Positions 8,568 through 16,887 of a DNA stretch of 42,759 bases are shown here, one piece after another; the stretch's first letter is position 1; the number at the start of each line of letters is the position of its first letter. The stretch is from positions 1 through 42,759 of the IMG/VR virus record IMGVR_UViG_3300024232_000024; one strand, written 5' to 3'. The position numbers and the translations under genes were made by a program. The notes under the pieces are model-generated. The model saw only the letters and a list, made by a program, of their open reading frames with translations. It had not been told where the DNA came from and searched no databases. This DNA comes from a virus (taxonomy: Duplodnaviria > Caudoviricetes).

Positions 8568-9080
8568 CTATGCTGCCGCCGCCTTGATGCGCTCAATGCG
8601 CCCGGCCGCCTCGGCCTTCATGCGCTCGGCCTGCGCAAGAGCCTCGGCCGCCTGGCGCTTCATCTCCTCGGCCTCGCGGTGCAGCGGATCGATGCGCTGC
8701 TCGCGCCGGCCGACCGCCTCGTCGCGAGCCTTGATCTCGATGCCCTTCTTATCGATGGCGGCCTCGCGCGCGGCCAGTGCCACCTCGCGCCGGGTCAGGT
8801 CGGCGTGCGCCTTGGCGGTATCGGCCAGAGCGCCGTCGCGCATCTTCTCGGCCTCATGCTTCTCTCTTGCCGCATCCTTGGCGGACTTCTCCGCGGCGGC
8901 CAGCGCTTCCTTGGCTGCCTCACCCTCCTTGCGGATCTCGGCGAGCGCCTTCTCGTTCTCCTCGACCTTCTCGTTGATCTCGTCGAGCGCCGCCTTGGCC
9001 TTCTTCGGGTCCGACAGGACGGTCAGGAGCGCATAGACGGCGCCGGTGTCGGCCGGACTGACGTTCACGCCACCGATCAT
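8568..9080 (-). CDS. coiled-coil hypothetical protein
   Basis: Ala/Glu/Lys-rich heptads; GAGG RBS before ATG 9080. Confidence 0.7.
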   Translation of the reverse strand: MIGGVNVSPADTGAVYALLTVLSDPKKAKAALDEINEKVEENEKALAEIRKEGEAAKEALAAAEKSAKDAAREKHEAEKMRDGALADTAKAHADLTRREVALAAREAAIDKKGIEIKARDEAVGRREQRIDPLHREAEEMKRQAAEALAQAERMKAEAAGRIERIKAAAA

Positions 9081-9090
9081 GGGGTTCACC

Positions 9091-9390
9091 TCATACGTTG
9101 GATATGACAGCCAGCTTGTGCCCTGGCTGGACGTGGAAGTACTCGGTCTGGTTGGCCGCGAGCCGGGTAAAGGCCGTCGTCGCCGTGGGGCTGGTCCCGA
9201 ACGACAGCGAGCAGATGGCGTCGCAATGCACCCGGATGTATTGCGTCGTCGGCCCGAAGGCGGCGCTCGGCTGCGTCGCCCCGCCGATGGCGACGGTCTG
9301 GTATGCCTGCGCGGGCTCGGCGCCCATGGCGATGCTGCCGCCGGCGCCGACCGGGATGCGCTCGTATTCCGTGATGTAGAGGGTGCCCAT
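9091..9390 (-). CDS. hypothetical virion-module protein
   Basis: MGTLYITEY...RVHCDAICS.SFG..PTAT...EYF; start overlaps the portal stop. Confidence 0.7.
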   Translation of the reverse strand: MGTLYITEYERIPVGAGGSIAMGAEPAQAYQTVAIGGATQPSAAFGPTTQYIRVHCDAICSLSFGTSPTATTAFTRLAANQTEYFHVQPGHKLAVISNV

Positions 9391-11660
9391 TACCGGCCTC
9401 CCGGCGAGGTCTTCGGCCGGTGCGCCGCGGTGATCCGGGCCGCCTCGACCTTGCCGGCGGCCGACACGACGGCGGCATGAGCCTTGGTCGCCTTGTCGGT
9501 CGCCATCCAGCCCGCTTCCGTCACCAGGTCAGCTTTACGCTGCGCCTGCTTGTCCGCCACGTCGGTGAGCAGCTTTGCCTGCGCGATGGCGTGCTCGTTG
9601 TCGAGCTTCTGCTGTTTCAGGACGTGGTCGGACGTCGCCCGCGCCGCGGCGATCTCGGCATCGCTCTGCGCCTTCTGGCCCTTGATCTGACCGTCCTGCA
9701 GGATCTTCTCGTACTCGAGCTGCGTCTGCGCGCCCTGATCCCCGCCACCGGCAGCCGCGGCCTCGGCGCTGGCCTTCGCCGCGCTCGCCTGCGCCTCCTG
9801 CGCCTGGGCACTCTGCAACATTGCCTTGGTCTGCATCAACGCCGCCTGGAGCTCCTGCATCTGCTGCTGGATCGGGGCCTTTTGCTGCTCGTCGTTGGCG
9901 ATCTTCTTCTGCCATGTCTCGACCACGCTCTGCGGCAACGGGCTATACTCGAACAGTATTGCGAGGTCGCTCGCCTCGAGCTTGTCGCCGAGGAACGGCA
10001 TCATTTGCATCAACGTCGCCCAGACCTTTTCCTTCTGGTTCGTACTGGTCGGATCGTCGTCGACCACCACGTCGTATTCCGTCACGCCGGGCTGGTGGAT
10101 GAGCGGCACGTACTGCGCGCCCTCCTCGCCGACGATGCGGATCAGCCGGCCATCTGAAATGTAGTTCTGGATGAAGTACAGCATGATCCGGCCCTGGCGC
10201 TTGCGGTAGCGGCGCAGGCTGTCGAACAGCGCCGCCAGGACCGTCATGCCCGACTGCTTGCGGTGCTCGGCCAGGACGCCGCTCTGATCCTGCTCCTGCA
10301 GACCGGCGAGCTCGAGGTTGACGCCGCTCGCGTCCCGGATCGAGCTCAGCGCGTATTGCATAAGCCCGGCGAGGTCTTGCGGTAATGGCGGGGCCACCTT
10401 CGGCTGGATCTTGTTGCCGGCGATCGCCCCCGGCTTCAGCCAGGTGATGCGGTCGCTGCGGGCGTAGCTGTCCTCGGCGTCGCGGTCGTTGTCGAAGGCG
10501 CCGCGCTCGGCGAACAGCCCGCCTTTCGCATTCGTGTTGAGAATATGAAGGCTCTGGCTCAGCCACTTGTTCGCCCAGCGCTGCGGATCCTTCATCGCCC
10601 GCACGATGCCGTACCAGGTGCCCTCGTTCTGGTCGCGCTCCCCGGTGATGCATTCCCACGAGAAATGCCCCTCGCAGGCGGCCGGGCCCATGCTCAGCAC
10701 CTTGGCGCCGATCAGCGCCTGCTTGTAGATCTTGCGGACCTGGCGAACGCCCTTGATCGGCGGCATCCCGAATTGCGCCGAGAGCAGCGCCGCCCGCCGC
10801 TTGAGCTGCGGCCAGTCCTTCTCGTCGATCTGCTCGACCTGGCCCTGGAACGAGACCCTGTAATAATTCTCGCGCTCCCACCATTGCAGGTGAACGAGCG
10901 TCACCTCGTCGCCGTCCTCGGGGCCCTCCTCGTCGATGTCCTGCTGGTAGGCCACCTGCGGATCGGCGTTGTGCGGCTCCCTGGTGTCGTCCTTGCCGCC
11001 GCGCGCCCAGGCGGCGTCGAGGTCGATGTCCTCGGCATCCGGCGCGAGCAGCCGCGCGTCCTCGATCGGGATCGTGCGCACCCGCCACGTCCGCCGGGCG
11101 TCGGCGAGGTTGGGCTTGCGGGCGCTGCCGTCCCAGAACATCTCGAGCGGGTCGAGGCGCTCCTGGGCGATCATGCCCTGCGGCTCGTTCTCGTATTCCA
11201 TCCGGGTGTCGATCCACCCCATCCCGCAGATGACGGTATCCCTGAAGGCGTCGGATTCCTCGTCCTCGGCATCGCAGGCATCGCGGGCCCAGTCGGCGGC
11301 CGACGTCAGCACCTCGTCGGCCTTGGCGTCGCCTTGCGTTCGCGGAAAAAACCTCACCTCACGCCGGTTGCCGACCTCGATGCCGATGACCGTTTTGACG
11401 GTGACGTTGATTTTGTCGAACGTGATCTCGGGCCGGTTCTGGTCACGGAGGACGCGCTTGTCCTCGTCGCTCCACTGCTTCAGCGCGGCGAAGTCGAAGT
11501 CCTCCTTGGCGATGCGGCGCCATTCCTCGCTGTGCTCGCGGTCTTCCTTCCACCAAAGCTTGGCGGTCTTGAGCAGGCCGTCCTTGTCGTCGGTGTCGGG
11601 GCCCTCGACCTTGGCCGCCGCCGGGCTTTCCGCTTCGTCGTTTTCGAGGTCGCCGATCAT
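9390..11660 (-). CDS. portal protein (P22-like)
   Basis: 756 aa; EDFDF...QW...RPEITFDKI, GMGW, YGIVRAMKDPQRWANK, YDVVVDD.P, long C-terminal coiled-coil barrel. Confidence 0.9.
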   Translation of the reverse strand: MIGDLENDEAESPAAAKVEGPDTDDKDGLLKTAKLWWKEDREHSEEWRRIAKEDFDFAALKQWSDEDKRVLRDQNRPEITFDKINVTVKTVIGIEVGNRREVRFFPRTQGDAKADEVLTSAADWARDACDAEDEESDAFRDTVICGMGWIDTRMEYENEPQGMIAQERLDPLEMFWDGSARKPNLADARRTWRVRTIPIEDARLLAPDAEDIDLDAAWARGGKDDTREPHNADPQVAYQQDIDEEGPEDGDEVTLVHLQWWERENYYRVSFQGQVEQIDEKDWPQLKRRAALLSAQFGMPPIKGVRQVRKIYKQALIGAKVLSMGPAACEGHFSWECITGERDQNEGTWYGIVRAMKDPQRWANKWLSQSLHILNTNAKGGLFAERGAFDNDRDAEDSYARSDRITWLKPGAIAGNKIQPKVAPPLPQDLAGLMQYALSSIRDASGVNLELAGLQEQDQSGVLAEHRKQSGMTVLAALFDSLRRYRKRQGRIMLYFIQNYISDGRLIRIVGEEGAQYVPLIHQPGVTEYDVVVDDDPTSTNQKEKVWATLMQMMPFLGDKLEASDLAILFEYSPLPQSVVETWQKKIANDEQQKAPIQQQMQELQAALMQTKAMLQSAQAQEAQASAAKASAEAAAAGGGDQGAQTQLEYEKILQDGQIKGQKAQSDAEIAAARATSDHVLKQQKLDNEHAIAQAKLLTDVADKQAQRKADLVTEAGWMATDKATKAHAAVVSAAGKVEAARITAAHRPKTSPGGR

Positions 11661-11884
11661 GCCGTCGCCCGATGATGGTAAGCCGGCCAGTCCCGATATG
11701 GGACCTCACCAACGGGGCCGTCCGTATACTGGCGCAAGTCGCCGACCTCTTCGCCTTCGGCAAAGGCCCGCCAGTGGTGATGCCACTTGCCGTTCTTGTC
11801 CTTGTCACTGATGAACAGATCTACCGTTCCGTCATCGCGCACCAACAAATGGATTTCCTTCAGTCTGAGGAGGTCGCCGATCAT
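11657..11884 (-). CDS. hypothetical protein
   Basis: Stop overlaps the portal ATG; begins with the same MIGDL as the portal. Confidence 0.6.
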   Translation of the reverse strand: MIGDLLRLKEIHLLVRDDGTVDLFISDKDKNGKWHHHWRAFAEGEEVGDLRQYTDGPVGEVPYRDWPAYHHRATA

Positions 11885-12009
11885 TCAGGATCCACGCCCC
11901 AGTCTATTTCAATATCCAAAGCCACCGCCCTCGCTTCCATTGCCCGCCGCAAGCCCGCGGCAAAGCGCTCACCCGCCAATTCTGCCCGGCGAGCGGCCCG
12001 AGCCGCGGA

Positions 12010-12324
12010 TCACCGCTGAGGATCCGCGCCATGGGCTTTCTTGCGTTCGCGGTAGCGGCGCTGGCGCTCGGCGTTACGATAAGCGTTACGGGCCGTAACG
12101 GGCTCCGTTATGGCGTTACGGTCGTCCGGCGTTACAGGCGTTACGGCTTCAGCGTTATGCGTTACGGTCGCGTCACGCGACAACTGCGTGACCAGCGCTT
12201 CCAGTCGGACCACGCGCACCTCGAGCCGCGCCAGCCCATCGGCAAACGCCACTTCGCTTGGCTCGTTCGGCCGCGCGTCGATCGTCCGCTCGCGGATCTG
12301 CCGCTGCTGGTGGACGATGCCCAC
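12010..12324 (-). CDS. hypothetical protein with NAERQRRYRERKK basic helix
   Basis: ORF track; short coiled coil plus basic motif; contains a GCGTTACG array. Confidence 0.6.
   Translation of the reverse strand: MGIVHQQRQIRERTIDARPNEPSEVAFADGLARLEVRVVRLEALVTQLSRDATVTHNAEAVTPVTPDDRNAITEPVTARNAYRNAERQRRYRERKKAHGADPQR
12071..12177. repeat. cluster of about ten GCGTTACG-like octamers
   Basis: Exact copies at 12071, 12083, 12113, 12138, 12159; variants at 12105, 12129, 12152, 12170; inverted CGTAACG at 12094. Confidence 0.85.
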
Positions 12325-12327
12325 GGC

Positions 12328-13068
12328 TCAGACCGCCGGGCTGCGCCTGCGCCGCCAACGGCCAAACGCACCCACGCCGACAACGCCCGCCGGGAACAGC
12401 AGCGCCGCGGCCGGGATCGGCGTCGCCGCCCCGATCCGGGGAACGATGTAAAAGCTCTCGCCGCCGTCGACGGCATGGTCCCAGCTCGCCTGAAAGAGCA
12501 ACCTGTCGCCGGGAAGAATGCCGGCCAAGCCGAGGTTGAAGCCGGTGATCAGATAGTCCGCCGAGCCGTTACCGTTCCTGATGTCCGGCATGGCGAACGG
12601 CGCCGCCAGGTCAAACAGGATCAGCGATCCAAGCGGGCCCGTGCCAGCCTGGTCGAGATCGAGCAGCCTGAACTGCTCCAGCACCTCCGACGCGGCGTGC
12701 GTGCTGTTGACGTCAACCGCGACCCCGAATGTCAAATTCAAGTCGCCGAGGCCGGTGAGGAAGGCGCTGAGCTGCCCGACCGTGTAGGGCGTCACCGTGA
12801 GGTCGTCGCCGTTGGCGAAGGCGCCCGTGATGTTGCTCGAGAACAGGTTGAAGCTGCTGTCGTTGCCGGTCGAGTTGAAGTTATTGTAGCCGAAGCCGAC
12901 AGGGTTATGCGCCTGTGTCGTCGCGCAGATGATGCAGGGATCGCTGGCCGACTGCGGCACCACGTCGGCATCGGCCAAAGGGGTGACGGTCAACAGGCTG
13001 GCATAGGCAGGGGCCGACAGCGAGCCCAGCAGGGCAGCCGCCGCGGCGAGCGTCGCGTAGGTCTTCAT
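12328..13068 (-). CDS. secreted protein with VPLPA-CTERM/PEP-CTERM-type sorting signal
   Basis: Signal peptide MKTYATLAAAAALLGSLSAPAYA; C-terminus TPIPAAALLFPAGVVGVGAFGRWRRRR (Pro motif, TM helix, Arg cluster). Confidence 0.8.
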   Translation of the reverse strand: MKTYATLAAAAALLGSLSAPAYASLLTVTPLADADVVPQSASDPCIICATTQAHNPVGFGYNNFNSTGNDSSFNLFSSNITGAFANGDDLTVTPYTVGQLSAFLTGLGDLNLTFGVAVDVNSTHAASEVLEQFRLLDLDQAGTGPLGSLILFDLAAPFAMPDIRNGNGSADYLITGFNLGLAGILPGDRLLFQASWDHAVDGGESFYIVPRIGAATPIPAAALLFPAGVVGVGAFGRWRRRRSPAV

Positions 13069-13233
13069 TTATCCGAACCTCCCGGTGAGCAGCAGAATGA
13101 GAAACACGATCAGGATCAGGCCGACCACGCCCGATGGGCCGTAGCCCCAGTTGGCGGCGTGCGGCCATGTCGGCAGCGCCCCGACCAGGATGATGATCAG
13201 GACGATGACGAGGACAAGCATCAGGATGCTCAT
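13069..13233 (-). CDS. DUF3309-like small membrane protein (54 aa)
   Basis: Manual translation MSILMLVLVIVLIIILVGALPTWPHAANWGYGPSGVVGLILIVFLILLLTGRFG matches the GALPxWP..WGYGPSG motif. Confidence 0.8.
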   Translation of the reverse strand: MSILMLVLVIVLIIILVGALPTWPHAANWGYGPSGVVGLILIVFLILLLTGRFG

Positions 13234-13243
13234 GTCAGCCCCC

Positions 13244-13399
13244 TCATCTGCCCCATGGGAGACCAGAAAGCACCACGATCAGGGCGATGGCCCAGATGGC
13301 GAAGAGCGAGGCGCTAATCTCCCGCGTGATCAGCGCCCAAACGAAGCTCAGGATCAGGAAAACGAGCGCGAAGATATGGACGATGAAGTCGGTGGACAT
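13244..13399 (-). CDS. small two-TM membrane protein (51 aa)
   Basis: Manual translation MSTDFIVHIFALVFLILSFVWALITREISASLFAIWAIALIVVLSGLPWGR. Confidence 0.6.
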   Translation of the reverse strand: MSTDFIVHIFALVFLILSFVWALITREISASLFAIWAIALIVVLSGLPWGR

Positions 13400-13401
13400 G
13401 G

Positions 13402-14043
13402 CTACGCCGCCGCGGTGACGTCATTCGACCGCGCCGTCACCGTGCCGAGCGCATTCGTAGCCGCCACGACGCAGGCCATGGCGGCGTCCACGTCCGCCGG
13501 CGTGACCACGTAGTCCGCCGCGGTGGCTCCGGCCACGTTCGCCCCGTCCCGCTGCCACTGGTAGGCGTAGCTGTGCGGCTCCGCCTGCATGTTTTCCCAG
13601 TTGCCCATCGTGCAGCTCAGTGTCGCGCCGTTCTGTATGGCGAGGGGAACATCGACGTTGACGGGCGGCTCGAGCGGCGCGGCCTCGGCGGCTTCCTTGG
13701 CCGTCAGCGCGGCCTGCCAGTCCTGCTGGCTGGCGTAGACGGTGCCGTCGAGGTCGACGACCGCGCCGTTGGTATGGACGGTGCCGACATCGATGGTCTC
13801 AGCGCTGGCGGCGAGCGCCGTAACCGGCCAGGCGATGCCGTCGGCGCCGATCGACCATGCGATGACGACCAGCGGCGGCGGAAAGCGGAGGATGCCGTCC
13901 TCGCCCTTGGTGGCGGTGAGGACGGTGTAGCCGGGGCCGGCCGGGATGATGGTGCCGCCGGCGGGCATTGTCGGGATGACGCGCGCCTCGGCCGCGGGGG
14001 CGTCGGCATCGGTGTCACGGACGTCACGCTTGGGGGATTTCAT
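13402..14043 (-). CDS. protein with C-terminal Ig-like domain
   Basis: PPVN..P...G.TLSCTMGNW...SYAYQWQRDG..VAGAT...YVVTPADV...CVVAATNALG pattern. Confidence 0.7.
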   Translation of the reverse strand: MKSPKRDVRDTDADAPAAEARVIPTMPAGGTIIPAGPGYTVLTATKGEDGILRFPPPLVVIAWSIGADGIAWPVTALAASAETIDVGTVHTNGAVVDLDGTVYASQQDWQAALTAKEAAEAAPLEPPVNVDVPLAIQNGATLSCTMGNWENMQAEPHSYAYQWQRDGANVAGATAADYVVTPADVDAAMACVVAATNALGTVTARSNDVTAAA

Positions 14044-14144
14044 GGGTTGCTCCATCGTGTCCAGAGGCGCAGCAGGAGGCGGATGCGTGGGCGCTTGGCC
14101 TGCGGCGTGGGCCGGTTGCAGTCGTAGCGCAGGCGGCGCGTCAC
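14040..14144 (-). CDS. tiny basic hypothetical protein (34 aa)
   Basis: GTG overlaps the upstream TGA and its TGA overlaps the downstream ATG; MTRRLRYDCNRPTPQAKRPRIRLLLRLWTRWSNP. Confidence 0.4.
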   Translation of the reverse strand: MTRRLRYDCNRPTPQAKRPRIRLLLRLWTRWSNP

Positions 14145-14332
14145 GCGCTCATCCACCACGGGGGGCGGCGTCGCGGAGGGGTTGGCGCAATCCACATGAT
14201 CTCGCCGATGTGAGCGATCTCCCGCGCCTTCATCGGAGACACCCTCAGCCGCCTGCCAAGCTGGGAATAACTCAGGCGATCGTAAACTATGAGATGCCGC
14301 GCTCTGACGTAGCGCCATTCTCTCTTGGTCAC
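14141..14332 (-). CDS. small HTH-like hypothetical protein
   Basis: GTGA overlap with upstream stop; LSYSQLGRRLRVSPMKAREI resembles an HTH. Confidence 0.5.
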   Translation of the reverse strand: MTKREWRYVRARHLIVYDRLSYSQLGRRLRVSPMKAREIAHIGEIMWIAPTPPRRRPPWWMSA

Positions 14333-14889
14333 GCGCTCACTCGCCATTCCGGCAGCAATTGCCCCGGCACGTTGCGATACGTGATGCCCGCCGATCCGCG
14401 CCAGTCGAGCCAGTCGTGTAGCGGGCGGTACGGCCCGACGAGCGGGCGCCGCCAGGCCCCGTGCGGCTCGATGAACTGCCGCCACAATTGCTGCAACGCG
14501 TGCTGGTGGACTATATCGGGATCGTAATAGACCGGCGTGGTCCTCAGTATGCGCTCGTCATACGCTGCCCGGCTTTCCCCGCGGCGGCGCTTCAATCTGT
14601 CCTGCTCGGCCTTCCTCTCGCGTTTCCATCTATCATCACGGGCTTTTTGAGCCTGTTTTTCGGCGCGCTCTTTGGCCTGCTGTAGCTTGCGAGCGGCAAC
14701 CCCTTCCGGCGAACGGAACCAGACCATCCGCCGGCCCTTCATTACCAGTTGCCGGGCGCGCTCCACGCCCACGCCCATTTCCTTGCCAATGTCCTTGAGC
14801 TTCCAGCCCTCGTCACGCAGGGCCAGCGCCTTGGCGCAACGCTCAAGGGCGATCCGCGTTCTCTCCCGGTCCCAGGCCGATTGCGTCAC
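14329..14889 (-). CDS. protein with sigma70 region-4-like HTH
   Basis: GWKLKDIGKEMGVGVERARQL; GTG overlaps the terL stop. Confidence 0.6.
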   Translation of the reverse strand: MTQSAWDRERTRIALERCAKALALRDEGWKLKDIGKEMGVGVERARQLVMKGRRMVWFRSPEGVAARKLQQAKERAEKQAQKARDDRWKRERKAEQDRLKRRRGESRAAYDERILRTTPVYYDPDIVHQHALQQLWRQFIEPHGAWRRPLVGPYRPLHDWLDWRGSAGITYRNVPGQLLPEWRVSA

Positions 14890-16259
14890 GCGCTCATCCA
14901 GGTGCTGTCGGCGGGGCGCTTCTGCCGCTTATACGCCTTGCGCTCGGCCGGGGCGCTGTCGTCGCCGAAGCCCATCGCGAAGGTCCGTAACGCATCCGCG
15001 CCGTGGCTCGACCAATCGTGCAGCGGCTTGGGCTTGAAGATCTTGGCGCCCTCGTCCCATTCGCGGCGGTAGGCCTGCAGGGCGTTGAGGCCGCGCTGGC
15101 ACCGTTTCTCGTCGATCCAGGCGCGGGCGATGAGCCTGCGGGTGGCGTTGACGCCGTCCATGACGTGAGCCACCGGCACGACCGTCGGCGAGATGCCGAG
15201 CGTGCGCAGGGTGGCGGCCCGGCTGGTGCCGCTGGCGAGCTCGTGGTGCTCGACGTCGTGCGGAAACCAGTGGCTGACGCCGTTGCTGCCGTCGGCGTAA
15301 CGCCAGGAATGCTCGCGGCGCTTGTCGTCGAGGACGCGGGCGTAATGGTCGAGGCCAGCGCCGCCCTCCTCGTGATAGTCGACGAGGCGGACCTCGCGGC
15401 CGACGACCTGGATGAACCAGATGGCGGTGCTGTCAGTGTAGCCGAGATCCCACGCGGTATGGACGGGGACCATGCGGTCGACGGGGACGATGCCGATGCG
15501 GCGCTGGTCGCGGGCGATGCTGAGCTCGGCGGCGTAGAAGGCGCCGAGGACTGCGGCCTCGAAGGAGCAGAGGTACTCCTGCTCGTAGAGGGCGCGGCCC
15601 TGGTCGGCACCGAACTGGGCGGCGTATTCGCGCTTTTCGATCTCGAGCTGCGCGGGCGTGAAGACGCCGGTGGCGGTGGCGGGTAGCACTTCGCTGAACC
15701 AGGTCGGGTCGGCTCGTGCCGCGTCGAGCATGGTCTTGGCGTGATTGTTGCCGCGGGGCGTGGTGATGAATAGCGCCCAGCCGTCGTTCTCGGCGAGGAT
15801 CGGGCGAAGGTAACCCCAGGCGGCGGGATCCGATAGCGCCCATTCGGAGAAGACGACGCCCGCCGGCGGCGAGCCGACGAGACTGTTGAAATTATCGCTT
15901 CCGACGACGTGCCACATGCTGCCGTTCTTGAAGCGGATGGTCATCTCGTTCTCGCGGGTGGTATCGCGGAGCTCGAGGGGGAAGGCCTCATCGATGCGGC
16001 GGCGGCCGGTGTGGCTGTTGACGGCGTCCCAGACGGCTTTGCGGGCTTGTGTCTGTTGGGGGAGGAGGTGCCACCATGTCGCCGGGCGCTTGCTCATGGC
16101 GAGGGCTGTCCAGTGGAGGGCGACGTCGTCCTTGCCGGATCGTCGGTGCCAGATGGCGATGGCGCGCTTGCCGCCGTTACGGAGGTAACGCCAGAGGGCG
16201 AGTTGGTATGGCCTGGCTTGCCAGGCGCCGGGAAGCTGGACGGTTATGTCTTGGCCCAA
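14886..16259 (-). CDS. terL: terminase large subunit
   Basis: RPYQ, WHRRSGKD (Walker A), VVFSEWA (Walker B), ITTPRG, QEYLCSF, AWDLGYTDSTAIWF, PLHDWSSHGADALR. Confidence 0.95.
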   Translation of the reverse strand: MGQDITVQLPGAWQARPYQLALWRYLRNGGKRAIAIWHRRSGKDDVALHWTALAMSKRPATWWHLLPQQTQARKAVWDAVNSHTGRRRIDEAFPLELRDTTRENEMTIRFKNGSMWHVVGSDNFNSLVGSPPAGVVFSEWALSDPAAWGYLRPILAENDGWALFITTPRGNNHAKTMLDAARADPTWFSEVLPATATGVFTPAQLEIEKREYAAQFGADQGRALYEQEYLCSFEAAVLGAFYAAELSIARDQRRIGIVPVDRMVPVHTAWDLGYTDSTAIWFIQVVGREVRLVDYHEEGGAGLDHYARVLDDKRREHSWRYADGSNGVSHWFPHDVEHHELASGTSRAATLRTLGISPTVVPVAHVMDGVNATRRLIARAWIDEKRCQRGLNALQAYRREWDEGAKIFKPKPLHDWSSHGADALRTFAMGFGDDSAPAERKAYKRQKRPADSTWMSA

Positions 16260-16486
16260 TGGTCGTTCAGCTCGACGGTGATTTTGCCATTGACGTTGAG
16301 GTCTTCGGAACTGAGGTCTGGCATGACCTTACGGAGGAGGCCGAGGCCGGCGGCGACTTGGGTAGCGCCCATTTTTCGCTTATCGAGCACATGTTCTTGT
16401 AATGCATTGAGAATTTGGGCGGCTTTGATTTTACTCCGATGCTCGTCGGACATTTGAAAGCCGGGCGAGCGGCCGCGTCTAGCCAT
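16244..16486 (-). CDS. probable terminase small subunit
   Basis: RSKIKAAQILNALQEHVL...TQV.A..GLLRKVMPDLSS; directly upstream of and overlapping terL. Confidence 0.6.
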   Translation of the reverse strand: MARRGRSPGFQMSDEHRSKIKAAQILNALQEHVLDKRKMGATQVAAGLGLLRKVMPDLSSEDLNVNGKITVELNDHWAKT

Positions 16487-16496
16487 GGCTTACTCG

Positions 16497-16691
16497 TTAC
16501 GGGGTGCCGACCCATTCGGGATCGGGCGGCTGCGGGGCATTGATGGGTTGGGGTCGTTGGTTCATTTCGGCCTTGAGCTCGGCGATGGCGGCGAGGACGA
16601 CGCGGAGGGAGACGTTGACGCGGTCGAGGGCGATGATGATAGCCTCGTCGGTAGCCTGCCCTGGACCTGATCCGGGGTCAGGGGTGGTCAT
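16497..16691 (-). CDS. hypothetical protein
   Basis: ORF track; packed in the late operon. Confidence 0.5.
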   Translation of the reverse strand: MTTPDPGSGPGQATDEAIIIALDRVNVSLRVVLAAIAELKAEMNQRPQPINAPQPPDPEWVGTP

Positions 16692-16887
16692 TGGGCGGGG
16701 CGGCGCGTCGGAGGAGCTCGGCGATGTCGGCGCGGGCGCTGGCGAGGGTGTCGCGGATATCGCGGAGGATGCGGGCGAGGTCGTGGTCGCCGTGATGCTC
16801 GGGCTCGTGGTGGCCGATGGCGAGGCTGGGGATCTCGTCAGGAAGCTCGCCCGTGGGCTGATCGCGGTAGCGGGTGGAGGTGCCCAT
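16678..16887 (-). CDS. hypothetical protein
   Basis: Start overlaps upstream stop; amphipathic helix. Confidence 0.5.
   Translation of the reverse strand: MGTSTRYRDQPTGELPDEIPSLAIGHHEPEHHGDHDLARILRDIRDTLASARADIAELLRRAAPPNDHP

Noticed and set aside
9943-11217. 424-aa alternative-frame ORF inside the portal
   Set aside because: Arg/Gly/Ala-rich off-frame translation typical of GC3-biased genes
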